A stretch of DNA of 64,000 bases from Eledone cirrhosa. Lineage: Eukaryota. Positions within the stretch are counted from its first letter, which is position 1. Each line of letters begins with the position of its first letter. Below, one piece after another: positions 44,456 through 58,320 of this stretch. A model generated the notes under the pieces. That model ran no database searches. It was not told where the DNA came from and saw only the letters and a program-made list of their open reading frames with translations. Location of the stretch: contig OZ024744.1 in the NCBI GenBank assembly GCA_964016885.1, positions 17,298,001 to 17,362,000 of the forward strand, given 5' to 3'. The translations under genes and the position numbers were made by a program.

Positions 44456-47400
44456 GAGTTATTGACGACAAGTTGATACTCATTGTTGACCTGTACACCA
44501 TCAGACATTGATGACAGGTTGATACTCATTGCTGACCTGTACACCATCAGAATTTGACGGCAGGTTGATACTCATTGCTGACCTGTACACCATCAGATTG
44601 ATGACAGGTTGATACTCATTGCTGACCTGTACACCATCAGACATTGACGACAGGATGAAACTCATTGCTGACCTGTACACCACCAGACATTGACGACAGG
44701 TTAATACTCATTGCTGACCTGTACACCATCAGATACTGACGACAGGTTGATACTCATTGCTGACCTGTACACCATCAGATACTGACGACAGGTTGATACT
44801 CATTGCTGACATGTACACCATCAGATACTGACGACAGGTTGATACTCATTGCTGACCTGTACACCATTAGGTATTGACGACAGGTTGGTACTCATTGTTG
44901 ACCTGTACACCATCAGATACTGACGACAAGTTGATACTCATTGCTCACCTGTACACCATCAGGCATTGACGGCAGGTTGATACTCATTGCTGACCTGTAC
45001 ACCATCAGGTATTGACAACAGGTTGATACTCGTTGCTGACCTGTACACCATCATGTATTGACGACAGGTTGATACTCATTGCTGACCTGAACACCATCAG
45101 ACATTGACTGCAGGTTGATACTCATTTCTGACCTGTACACCATCAGATACTGACGACAGGTTGATACTCATTGCTGACATGTACACCATCAGATACTGAC
45201 GACAGGTTGATACTCATTGCTGACCTGTACACCATCAGGTATTGACGACAGGTTGGTACTCATTGTTGACCTGTACACCATCAGATACTGACGACAAGTT
45301 GATACTCATTGCTGACCTGTACACCATCAGATATTGACGGCAGATTGATACTCATTGCTGACCTGTACACCATCAGACATTGACGACAGGTTGATACTAA
45401 TTGCTGACCTGTACACCATCTGACATTGACGACAGTTTGATACTCATTGCTGACCTGTACACCACCAGACATTGTCGACAGGTTGATACTCATTGCTGAC
45501 CTGTACACCATCAGACATTGACGGCAGGTTGATACTCATTGCTGACCTGTACACCATCAGGTATTGACGGCAGGTTGATACGCATTTCTGAGCTGTACAC
45601 CATCAGACATTGACGATAGGTTGATACTCATTGCTGACCTGTACACCATCAGACATTGACGGCAGGTTGATACTCATTGCGGACCTGTACACCATCAGAT
45701 ATTGACGACATGTTGATACTCATTGCTGACCTGTACACCATCAGACATTGACGGCAGGTTGATACTCATTGCTGACCTGTACACCATCAGATACTGACGA
45801 CAGGTTGATACTCATTGCTGACCTGTACACCATCAGACATTGACGGCAGGTTGATACTCATTGCTGACCTGTACACCATCAGACATTGACGGCAGGTTGA
45901 TACTCATTGCTGACCTGTACACCATCAGTTATTGACGACAAGTTGATACTCATTGCTGACCTGTACACCATCAGATATTGACAGCAGGTTGATACTCATT
46001 GCTGACCTGTGCACCATCAGACATTGACGGCAGGTTGATACTCATTGCTGACCTGTACGCCATCCGACATTGACGGCAGGTTGATACTCATTGCTGACCT
46101 GTACACCATCAGTTATTGACGACAAGTTGATATTCATTGTTGACCTGTACACCATCAGACATTGATGACAGGTTGATACTCATTGCTGACCTGTACACCA
46201 TCAGAATTTGACGGCAGGTTGATACTCATCGCTGACCTGTACACCATCAGATTGATGACATGTTGATACTCATTGCTGACCTGTACACCATCAGACATTG
46301 ACGACAGGTTGAAACACATTGCTGACCTGTACACCACCAGACATTGACGACAGGTTAATACTCATTGCTGACCTGTACACCATCAGGTATTGACGGCAGG
46401 TTGATACTCATTTCTGACCTGTACACCATCAGACATTGACGATAGGTTGATACACATTGCTGACCTGTACACCATCAGATATTGACGACATGTTGATACT
46501 CATTGCTGACCTGTACACCATCAGATACTGACGACAGGTTGATACTCATTGCTGACCTGTACACCATCAGATACTGACGACAGGTTGATACTCATTGCTG
46601 ACATGTACACCATCAGATACTGACGACAGGTTGATACTCATTGCGGACCTGTACACCATCTGGTATTGACGACAGGTTGGTACTCATTGTTGACCTGTAC
46701 ACCATCAGATACTGACGACAAGTTGATACTCATTGCTGTCCTGTACACCATCAGATATTGACGACAGGTTGGTACTCATTGATGACCTGTACACCATCAG
46801 ATACTGACGACAGGTTGATACTCATTGCTGACCTGTAAACCATCAGGTATTGACGACAGGTTGATACACATTGCTGACCTGTACACCATCAGACATTGAC
46901 CACAGGTTGGTATTCATTGCTGACCTGTACACCATCAGATACTGACGACAGGTTGATACTCATTGCTGACCTGTACACCATCAGACATTGACGACAGGTT
47001 GATACTCATTGCTGACCTGTACACCATCATACATTGACGATAGGTTGATACTCATTGCTGACCTGTACACCATCAGATATTGACGACATGTTGATCCTCA
47101 TTGCTGACCTGTACACCATCAGACATTGACGGCAGGTTGATACTCATTGCTGACCTGTACACCATCAGATACTGACGACAAGTTGATACTCATTGCTGAC
47201 CTGTACACCATCAGACATTGAGGGCATGTTGATACTCATTGCTGACCTGTACACCATCATATATTGACGACATGTTGATACTCATTGCTGACCTGTACAC
47301 CATCAGATACTGACGACAGGTTGATACTCATTGCTGACCTGTACACCATCAGACATTGACGGCAGGTTGATACTCATTGCTGACCTGTACACCATCAGAC

Positions 47401-50400
47401 ATTGACGGCAGGTTGATACTCATTGCTGACCTGTACACCATCAGTTACTGACGACAAGTTGATACTCATTGCTGACCTGTACACCATCAGATATTGACAG
47501 CAGGTTGATACTCATTGCTGACCTGTGCACCATCAGACATTTACGGCAGGTTGATACTCATTGCTGACCTGTACACCATCAGACATTGACGGCAGATTGA
47601 TACTCATTGCTGACCTGTACACAATGAGTTATTGACGACAAGTTGATACTCATTGTTGACCTGTACACCATCAGACATTGATGACAGGTTGATACTCATT
47701 GCTGACCTGTACAACATCAGAATTTGACGGCAGGTTGATACTCATTGCTGACCTGTACACCATCAGATTGATGACAGGTTGATACTCATTGCTGACCTGT
47801 ACACCATCAGACATTGACGACAGGTTGAAACTCATTGCTGACCTGTACACCACCAGACATTGACGACAGGTTAATACTCATTGCTGACCTGTACACCATC
47901 AGACATTGACGGCAGGTTGATACTCATTGCTGACCTGTACACCATCAGACATTGACGACATGTTGATACTCATTGCTGACCTGTACACCATCAGACATTG
48001 ACGATAGGTTGATACACATTGCTGACCTGTACACCATCAGATATTGACGACATGTTGATACTCATTGCTGACCTGTACACCATCAGGTATTGACGACAGG
48101 TTGATACTCATTGCTGACCTGTACACCATCAGACATTGACGGCAGGTTGATACTCATTGCTGACCTGTACACCATCAGATACTGACAACAGCTTGATACT
48201 CATTGCTGACCTGTACACCATCAGACATTGACGGTAGGTTGATACTCATTGCTGACCTGTAAACCATCAGATATTGACAGCAGGTTGATACTCATTGCTG
48301 ACCTGTACACCATCATACATTGACGACAGGCTGATACTCATTGCTGACCTGTACGCCATTAGACATTGACGAGAGTTTAATACTCATTGCTGACCTGTAC
48401 ACCATCAGGTATTGACGGCAGGTTGATACTCATTTCTGACCTGTACACCATCAGACATTGACGGCAGGTTGATACTCATTGCTGACCTGTACACCATCAG
48501 ATATTGACGACATGTTGATACTCATTGCTGACCTGTACACCATCAGACATTGACGGCAGGTTGATACTCATTGCTGACCTGTACACCATCAGATACTGAC
48601 GACAGGTTGATACTCATTGCTGACCTGTACACCATCAGACATTGACGGCAGGTTGATACTCATTGCTGACCTGTACACCATCAGATATTGACGGCAGGTT
48701 GATACTCATTGCTGACCTGTACACCATCAGTTATTGACGACAAGTTGATACTCATTGCTGACCTGTACACCATCAGATATTGACAGCAGGTTGATACTCA
48801 TTGCTGACCTGTACACCATCAGACATTGACGCAGGTTGATACTCATTGCTCACCTGTACACCATCAGGTATTGACGGCAGGTTGATACTCATTGCTGACC
48901 TGTACACCATCACTTATTGACGACAGGTTCATACTTATTGCTGACATGTACACCATCAGACATTGACGGCAGATTGATACTCATTGCTGACCTGTACACC
49001 ATCAGACATTGACGGTAGCTTGATACTCATTGCTGACCTGTACACCATCAGATACTGCCGACAGGTTGATACTCATTGCTGACCGGTACACCATCAGGTA
49101 TTGACGACAGGTTGATACTCATTGCTGACCTGTACACCATCAGACATTGACGGCAGTTTGGTACTCATTGCTGACCTGTACACCATCAGACATTGACGGC
49201 AGTTTGGTACTCATTTCTAACCTGTACACCATCAGACATTGACGGCAGGTTTAAACTCATTGCTGACCTGTACACCATCAGATACTGACGGCAGGTTGAT
49301 ACTCATTGCTGACCTGTACACCATAAGACATTGACGACAGGTTGATACTCATTGCTGACCTGTACACCATCAGACATTGACGGCAGGTTGATACTCATTG
49401 CTGACCTGTACACCATCATATATTGACGGCAGGTTGATATTCATTGCTGACTTGTACACCATCAGACATTGACAACATGTTGATACTCATTGCTAACCTG
49501 TACACCATCAGACATTGACGACAGGTTGATACTCATTACTGACTTGTACACCATCAGACATTGACGGCAGGTTGATACTCATTGCTGACCTGTACACCAT
49601 CAGACATTGACGGCAGGTTGATACTCATTGCTGATCTGTACCCCAACAGGTATTGACGAAAGGTTGATACTCATTGCTGACCTGTACACCATCAGACATT
49701 GACGGCATGTTGATACTCATTCCTGACCTGTACACCATCAGACATTGACGGCAGGTTGATACTCATTGCTGACCTGTACACCATCAGTTATTGACGACAG
49801 GTTGATACTCATTGCTGACCTGTACACCATCAGACATTCACGGCAGGTTGATACTCATTGCTGACCTGTACACCATCAGACATTGACGGTAGGTTGATAC
49901 TCATTGCTGACCTGTACACCATCAGATACTGACGACAGGTTGATTCTCATTGCTGACCTGTACACCATCAGAATTTGACGTCAGGTTGATACTCATTGCT
50001 GACCTGTACACCATCAGACATTGACGACAGGTTGATACTCATTACTGACCTGTACATCACATACTGACGACAGGTTGATACTCATTGCTGACATGTAAAC
50101 CATCAGATACTGACGACAGGTTGTTACTCATTGCTGACCTGTACACCATCAGATACTAACGACAGGTTGATACTCATTGCTGACATGTACACCATCACGT
50201 ATTGACGACAGGTTGGTACTCATTGTTGACCTGTACACCATCACATACTGACGACAAGTTGATACTCATTGCTCACCTGTACACCATCAGGCATTGACGG
50301 CAGGTTGATACTCATTGCTGACCTGTACACCATCAGGTATTGACGACAGGTTGATACTCATTGTTGACCTGTACACCATCAGACATTGATGACAGGTTGA

Positions 50401-53400
50401 TACTCATTGCTGACCTGTACACCATCAGAATTTGACGTCAGGTTGATACTCATTGCTGACCTGTACATCACATACTGACGACAGCTTGATACTCATTGCT
50501 GACATGTACACCATCAGATACTGACGACAGGTTGATACTCATTGCTGACCTGTACACCATCAGATACTGACGACAGGTTGATACTTATTGCTGACATGTA
50601 CACCATCAGATACTGACGACAGGTTGATACTCATTGCTGACCTCTACACCATCAGGTATTGACGACAGGTTGGTACTCATTGTTGACCTGTACACCATCA
50701 GATACTGACGACAAGTTGATACTCATTGCTCACCTGTACACCATCAGGCATTGACGGCAGGCTGATACTCATTGCTGACCTGTACACCATCAGGTATTGA
50801 CGACAGGTTGATACTCGTTGCTGACCTGTACACCATCAGGTATTGACGACAGGTTGATACACATTGCTGACCTGAACACCATCAGACATTGACGGCAGGT
50901 TGATACTCATTGATGACCTGTACACCATCAGATACTGACGACAGGTTGATACTCATTGCTGACATGTACACCATCAGATACTGACGACAGGTTGATACTC
51001 ATTGCTGACCTGTACACCATCAGGTATTGACGACAGGTTGGTACTCATTGTTGACCTGTACACCATCAGATACTGACGACAAGTTGATACTCATTGCTGA
51101 CCTGTACACCATCAGACATTGACCACAGGTTGATACTAATTGCTGACCTGTACACCATCAGACATTGACGACAGGTTGATACTCATTGCTGACCTGTACA
51201 CCACCAGACATTGTCGACAGGTTGATACTCATTGCTGACCTGTACACCATCAGACATTGACGACAGGTTGATACTCATTGCTGACCTGTACACCATCAGG
51301 TATTGACGGCAGGTTGATACGCATTTCTGAGCTGTACACCATCAGACATTGACGATAGGTTGATACTCATTGCTGACCTGTACACCATCAGACATTGACG
51401 GCAGGTTGATACTCATTGCGGACCTGTACACCATCAGATATTGACGACATGTTGATACTCATTGCTGACCTGTACACCATCAGACATTGACGGCAGTTTG
51501 ATACTCATTGCTGACCTGTACACCATCAGATACTGACGACAGGTTGATACTCATTGCTGACCTGTACACCATCAGACATTGACAGCAGGTTGATACTCAT
51601 TGCTGACCTGTACACCATCAGACATTGACGGCAGGTTGATACTCATTGCTGACCTGTACACCATCAGTTATTGACGACAAGTTGATACTCATTGCTGACC
51701 TGTACACCATCAGATATTGACAGCAGGTTGATACTCATTGCTGACCTGTACGCCATCAGACATTGACGGCAGGTTGATACTCATTGCTGACCTGTACACC
51801 ATCAGTTATTGACGACAAGTTGATATTCATTGTTGACCTGTACACCATCAGACATTGATGACAGGTTGATACTCATTGCTGACCTGTACACCATCAGAAT
51901 TTGACGGCAGGTTGATACTCATTGCTGACCTGTACATCATCAGATTGATGACAGGTTGATACTCATTGCTGACCTGTACACCATCAGACATTGACGACAG
52001 GTTGAAACTCATTGCTGACCTGTACACCACCAGACATTGACGACAGGTTAATACTCATTGCTGACCTGTACACCATCAGGTATTGACGGCAGGTTGATAC
52101 TCATTTCTGACCTGTACACCATCAGACATTGACGATAGGTTGATACACATTGCTGACCTGTACACCATCAGATATTGACGACATGTTGATACTCATTGCT
52201 GACCTGTACACCATCAGATACTGACGACAGGTTGATACTCATTGCTGACCTGTACACCATCAGATACTGACGACAGGTTGATACTCATTGCTGACCTGTA
52301 CACCATCAGGTATTGACGACAGGTTGATACTCATTGCTTACCTGTACACCATCAGATACTGACGGCAGGTTGATACTCATTGCTGACCTGTACACCATCA
52401 GATACTGACGACAAGTTGATACTCATTGCTCACCTGTACACCATCAGGCATTGACGGCAGGTTGATACTCATTGCTGACCTGTACACCATCAGGTATTGA
52501 CGACAGGTTGATACTCATTGCTGACCTGTACACCATCAGGTATTGACGACAGGTTGGTACTCATTGTTGACCTGTACACCATCAGATACTGACGACAAGT
52601 TGATACTCATTGCTGACCTGTACACCATCAGATATTGACGACAGGTTGGTACTCATTGATGACCTGTACACCATCAGATACTGACGACAGGTTGATACTC
52701 ATTGCTGACCTGTACACCATCAGGTATTGACGGCAGGTTGATACTCATTGCTGACCTGTACACCATCAGGTATTGACGACAGGTTGATACACATTGCTGA
52801 CCTGTACACCATCAGACATTGACCACAGGTTGGTATACATTGCTGACCTGTACACCATCAGATACTGACGGCAGGTTGATACTCATTGCTGACCTGTACA
52901 CCATCAGACATTGACGACAGGTTGATACTCATTGCTGACCTGTACACCATCAGACATTGACGACAGGCTGATACTCATTGCTGACCTGTACACCATCAGA
53001 CATTGACGACAGGTTGATACTCATTGCTGACCTGTACACCATCAGGTATTGACGGCAGGTTGATACGCATTTCTGAGCTGTACACCATCAGACATTGACG
53101 ATAGGTTGATACTCATTGCTGACCTGTACACCATCAGATATTGACGGCAGGTTGATACTCATTGCTGACCTGTACACCATCATATATTGACGACATGTTG
53201 ATACTCATTGCTGACCTGTACACCATCAGACATTGACGGCAGGTTGATACTCATTGCTGACCTGTACACCATCAGATACTGACGACAGGTTGATACTCAT
53301 TGCTGACCTGTACACCATCAGACATTGACGGCAGGTTGATACTCATTGCTGACCTGTACACCATCAGACATTGACGGCAGGTTGATACTCATTGCTGACC

Positions 53401-56400
53401 TGTACACCATCAGTTACTGACGACAAATTGATACTCATTGCTGTCCTGTACACCATCAGATATTGACAGCAGGTTGATACTCATTGCTGACCAGTGCACC
53501 ATCAGACATTTACGGCAGGTTGATACTCATTGCTGACCTGTACACCATCAGACATTGACGGCAGGTTGATACTCATTGCTGACCTGTACACCATGAGTTA
53601 TTGACGACAAGTTGATACTCATTGTTGACCTGTACACCATCAGACATTGATGACAGGTTGATACTCATTGCTGACCTGTACACCATCAGAATTTGACGGC
53701 AGGTTGATACTCATTGCTGACCTGTACACCATCAGATTGATGACAGGTTGATACTCATTGCTGACCTGTACACCATCAGACATTGACGACAGGATGAAAC
53801 TCATTGCTGACCTGTACACCACCAGACATTGACGACAGGTTAATACTCATTGCTGACCTGTACACCATCAGATACTGACGACAGGTTGATACTCATTGCT
53901 GACCTGTACACCATCAGATACTGACGACAGGTTGATACTCATTGCTGACATGTACACCATCAGATACTGACGACAGGTTGATACTCATTGCTGACCTGTA
54001 CACCATTAGGTATTGACGACAGGTTGGTACTCATTGTTGACCTGTACACCATCAGATACTGACGACAAGTTGATACTCATTGCTCACCTGTACACCATCA
54101 GGCATTGACGGCAGGTTGATACTCATTGCTGACCTGTACACCATCAGGTATTGACAACAGGTTGATACTCGTTGCTGACCTGTACACCATCATGTATTGA
54201 CGACAGGTTGATACTCATTGCTGACCTGAACACCATCAGACATTGACGGCAGGTTGATACTCATTTCTGACCTGTACACCATCAGATACTGACGACAGGT
54301 TGATACTCATTGCTGACATGTACACCATCAGATACAGACGACAGGTTGATACTCATTGCTGACCTGTACACCATCAGGTATTGACGACAGGTTGGTACTC
54401 ATTGCTGACCTGTACACCATCAGGTATTGACGACAGGTTGGTACTCATTGCTGACCTGTACACCATCAGATATTGACGGCAGATTGATACTCATTGCTGA
54501 CCTGTACACCATCAGACATTGACGACAGGTTGATACTAATTGCTGACCTGTACACCATCTGACATTGACGACAGTTTGATACTCATTGCTGACCTGTACA
54601 CCACCAGACATTGTCGACAGGTTGATACTCATTGCTGACCTGTACACCATCAGACATTGACGGCAGGTTGATACTCATTGCTGACCTGTACACCATCAGG
54701 TATTGACGGCAGGTTGATACGCATTTCTGAGCTGTACACCATCAGACATTGACGATAGGTTGATACTCATTGCTGACCTGTACACCATCAGACATTGACG
54801 GCAGGTTGATACTCATTGCGGACCTGTACACCATCAGATATTGACGACATGTTGATACTCATTGCTGACCTGTACACCATCAGACATTGACGGCAGGTTG
54901 ATACTCATTGCTGACCTGTACACCATCAGATACTGACGACAGGTTGATACTCATTGCTGACCTGTACACCATCAGACATTGACGGCAGGTTGATACTCAT
55001 TGATGACCTGTACACCATCAGACATTGACGGCAGGTTGATACTCATTGCTGACCTGTACACCTTCAGTTATTGACGACAAGTTGATACTCATTGCTGACC
55101 TGTACACCATCAGATATTGACAGCAGGTTGATACTCATTGCTGACCTGTGCACCATCAGACATTGACGGCAGGTTGATACTCATTGCTGACCTGTACGCC
55201 ATCCGACATTGACGGCAGGTTGATACTCATTGCTGACCTGTACACCATCAGTTATTGACGACAAGTTGATATTCATTGTTGACCTGTACACCATCAGACA
55301 TTGATGACAGGTTGATACTCATTGCTGACCTGTACACCATCAGAATTTGACGGCAGGTTGATACTCATTGCTGACCTGTACACCATCAGATTGATGACAT
55401 GTTGATACTCATTGCTGACCTGTACACCATCAGACATTGACGACAGGTTGAAACACATTGCTGACTTGTACACCACCAGACATTGACGACAGGTTAATAC
55501 TCATTGCTGATCTGTACACCATCAGGTATTGACGGCAGGTTGATACTCATTTCTGACCTGTACACCATCAGACATTGACGATAGGTTGATACACATTGCT
55601 GACCTGTACACCATCAGATATTGACGACATGTTGATACTCATTGCTGACCTGTACACCATCAGATACTGACGACAGGTTGATACTCATTGCTGACCTGTA
55701 CACCATCAGATACTGACGACAGGTTGATACTCATTGCTGACATGTACACCATCAGATACTGACGACAGGTTTATACTCATTGCGGACCTGTACACCATCT
55801 GGTATTGACGACAGGTTGGTACTCATTGTTGACCTGTACACCATCAGATACTGACGACAAGTTGATACTCATTGCTGTCCTGTACACCATCAGATATTGA
55901 CGACAGGTTGGTACTCATTGATGACCTGTACACCATCAGATACTGACGACAGGTTGATACTCATTGCTGACCTGTAAACCATCAGGTATTGACGACAGGT
56001 TGATACACATTGCTGACCTGTACACCATCAGACATTGACCACAGGTTGGTATTCATTGCTGACCTGTACACCATCAGATACTGACGACAGGTTGATACTC
56101 ATTGCTGACCTGTACACCATCAGACATTGACGACAGGTTGATACTCATTGCTGACCTGTACACCATCATACATTGACGATAGGTTGATACTCATTGCTGA
56201 CCTGTACACCATCAGATATTGACGACATGTTGATCCTCATTGCTGACCTGTACACCATCAGACATTGACGGCAGGTTGATACTCATTGCTGACCTGTACA
56301 CCATCAGATACTGACGACAAGTTGATACTCATTGCTGACCTGTACACCATCAGACATTGAGGGCATGTTGATACTCATTGCTGACCTGTACACCATCATA

Positions 56401-58320
56401 TATTGACGACATGTTGATACTCATTGCTGACCTGTACACCATCAGATACTGACGACAGGTTGATACTCATTGCTGACCTGTACACCATCAGACATTGACG
56501 GCAGGTTGATACTCATTGCTGACCTGTACACCATCAGACATTGACGGCAGGTTGATACTCATTGCTGACCTGTACACCATCAGTTACTGACGACAAGTTG
56601 ATACTCATTGCTGACCTGTACACCATCAGATATTGACAGCAGGTTGATACTCATTGCTGACCTGTGCACCATCAGACATTTACGGCAGGTTGATACTCAT
56701 TGCTGACCTGTACACCATCAGACATTGACGGCAGGTTGATACTCATTGCTGACCTGTACACCATGAGTTATTGACGACAAGTTGATACTCATTGTTGACC
56801 TGTACACCATCAGACATTGATGACAGGTTGATACTCATTGCTGACCTGTACATCAGAATTTGACGGCAGGTTGATACTCATTGCTGACCTGTACACCATC
56901 AGATTGATGACAGGTTGATACTCATTGCTGACCTGTACACCATCAGACATTGACGACAGGTTGAAACTCATTGCTGACCTGTACACCACCAGACATTGAC
57001 GACAGGTTAATACTCATTGCTGACCTGTACACCATCAGACATTGACGGCAGGTTGATACTCATTGCTGACCTGTACACCATCAGACATTGACGACAGGTT
57101 GATACTCATTGCTGACCTGTACACCATCAGACATTGACGATAGGTTGATACACATTGCTGACCTGTACACCATCAGATATTGACGACATGTTGATACTCA
57201 TTGCTGACCTGTACACCATCAGGTATTGACGACAGGTTGATACTCATTGCTGACCTGTACACCATCAGACATTGACGGCAGGTTGATACTCATTGCTGAC
57301 CTGTACACCATCAGATACTGACAACAGCTTGATACTCATTGCTGACCTGTACACCATCAGACATTGACGGTAGGTTGATACTCATTGCTGACCTGTAAAC
57401 CATCAGATATTGACAGCAGGTTGATACTCATTGCTGACCTGTACACCATCAGACATTGACGACAGGCTGATACTCATTGCTGACCTGTACGCCATTAGAC
57501 ATTGACGAGAGTTTAATACTCATTGCTGACCTGTACACCATCAGGTATTGACGGCAGGTTGATACTCATTTCTGACCTGTACACCATCAGACATTGACGG
57601 CAGGTTGATACTCATTGCTGACCTGTACACCATCAGATATTGACGACATGTTGATACTCATTGCTGACCTGTACACCATCAGACATTGACGGCAGTTTGA
57701 TACTCATTGCTGACCTGTACACCATCAGATACTGACGACAGGTTGATACTCATTGCTGACCTGTACACCATCAGACATTGACGGCAGGTTGATACTCATT
57801 GCTGACCTGTACACCATCAGATATTGACGGCAGGTTGATATTCATTGCTGACCTGTACACCATCAGTTATTGACGACAAGTTGATACTCATTGCTGACCT
57901 GTACACCATCAGATATTGACAGCAGGTTGATACTCATTGCTGACCTGTACACCATCAGACATTGACGCAGGTTGATACTCATTGCTCACCTGTACACCAT
58001 CAGGTATTGACGGCAGGTTGATACTCATTGCTGACCTGTACACCATCACTTATTGACGACAGGTTCATACTCATTGCTGACATGTACACCATCAGACATT
58101 GACGGCAGATTGATACTCATTGCTGACCTGTACACCATCAGACATTGACGGTAGGTTGATACTCATTGCTGACCTGTACACCATCAGATACTGACGACAG
58201 GTTGATACTCATTGCTGACCGGTACACCATCAGTTATTGACGACAGGTTGATACTCATTGCTGACCTGTACACCATCAGACATTGACGGCAGTTTGGTAC
58301 TCATTGCTGACCTGTACACC
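40790..58320. repeat. Imperfect duplication with a period of about 8.9-9.1 kb (about 40.8-49.2 kb and about 49.7-58.3 kb)
   Basis: Offset 8909 at GACGGCATG..TTCCTGACC (40792/49701). Offset 8863 at ORFs 42985/51848. Offset 9139 at CGACAAATT (44282/53421) and ORFs 44501/53640, 45281/54420 and 46155/55294. Offset 9136 at GAGAGTTTAA (48371/57507) and GACCGGTACA (49081/58217). Confidence 0.9.
42985..47880. repeat. Sub-repeat of 33/36/33 monomers (1516/1654/1516 bp), repeated at about 51.8-57.0 kb
   Basis: A 5-monomer cassette (CATTGATGAC, GAATTTGAC, CAGATTGATG with a 2-nt deletion, GTTGAAAC, ACCACCAGAC..GTTAATAC) starts at 42985, 44501, 46155 and 47671. It also occurs at 37934, 51848, 53640, 55294, about 56810 and 60481. 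Spacings are 33x46-2, 36x46-2 and 39x46-2. Confidence 0.88.
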
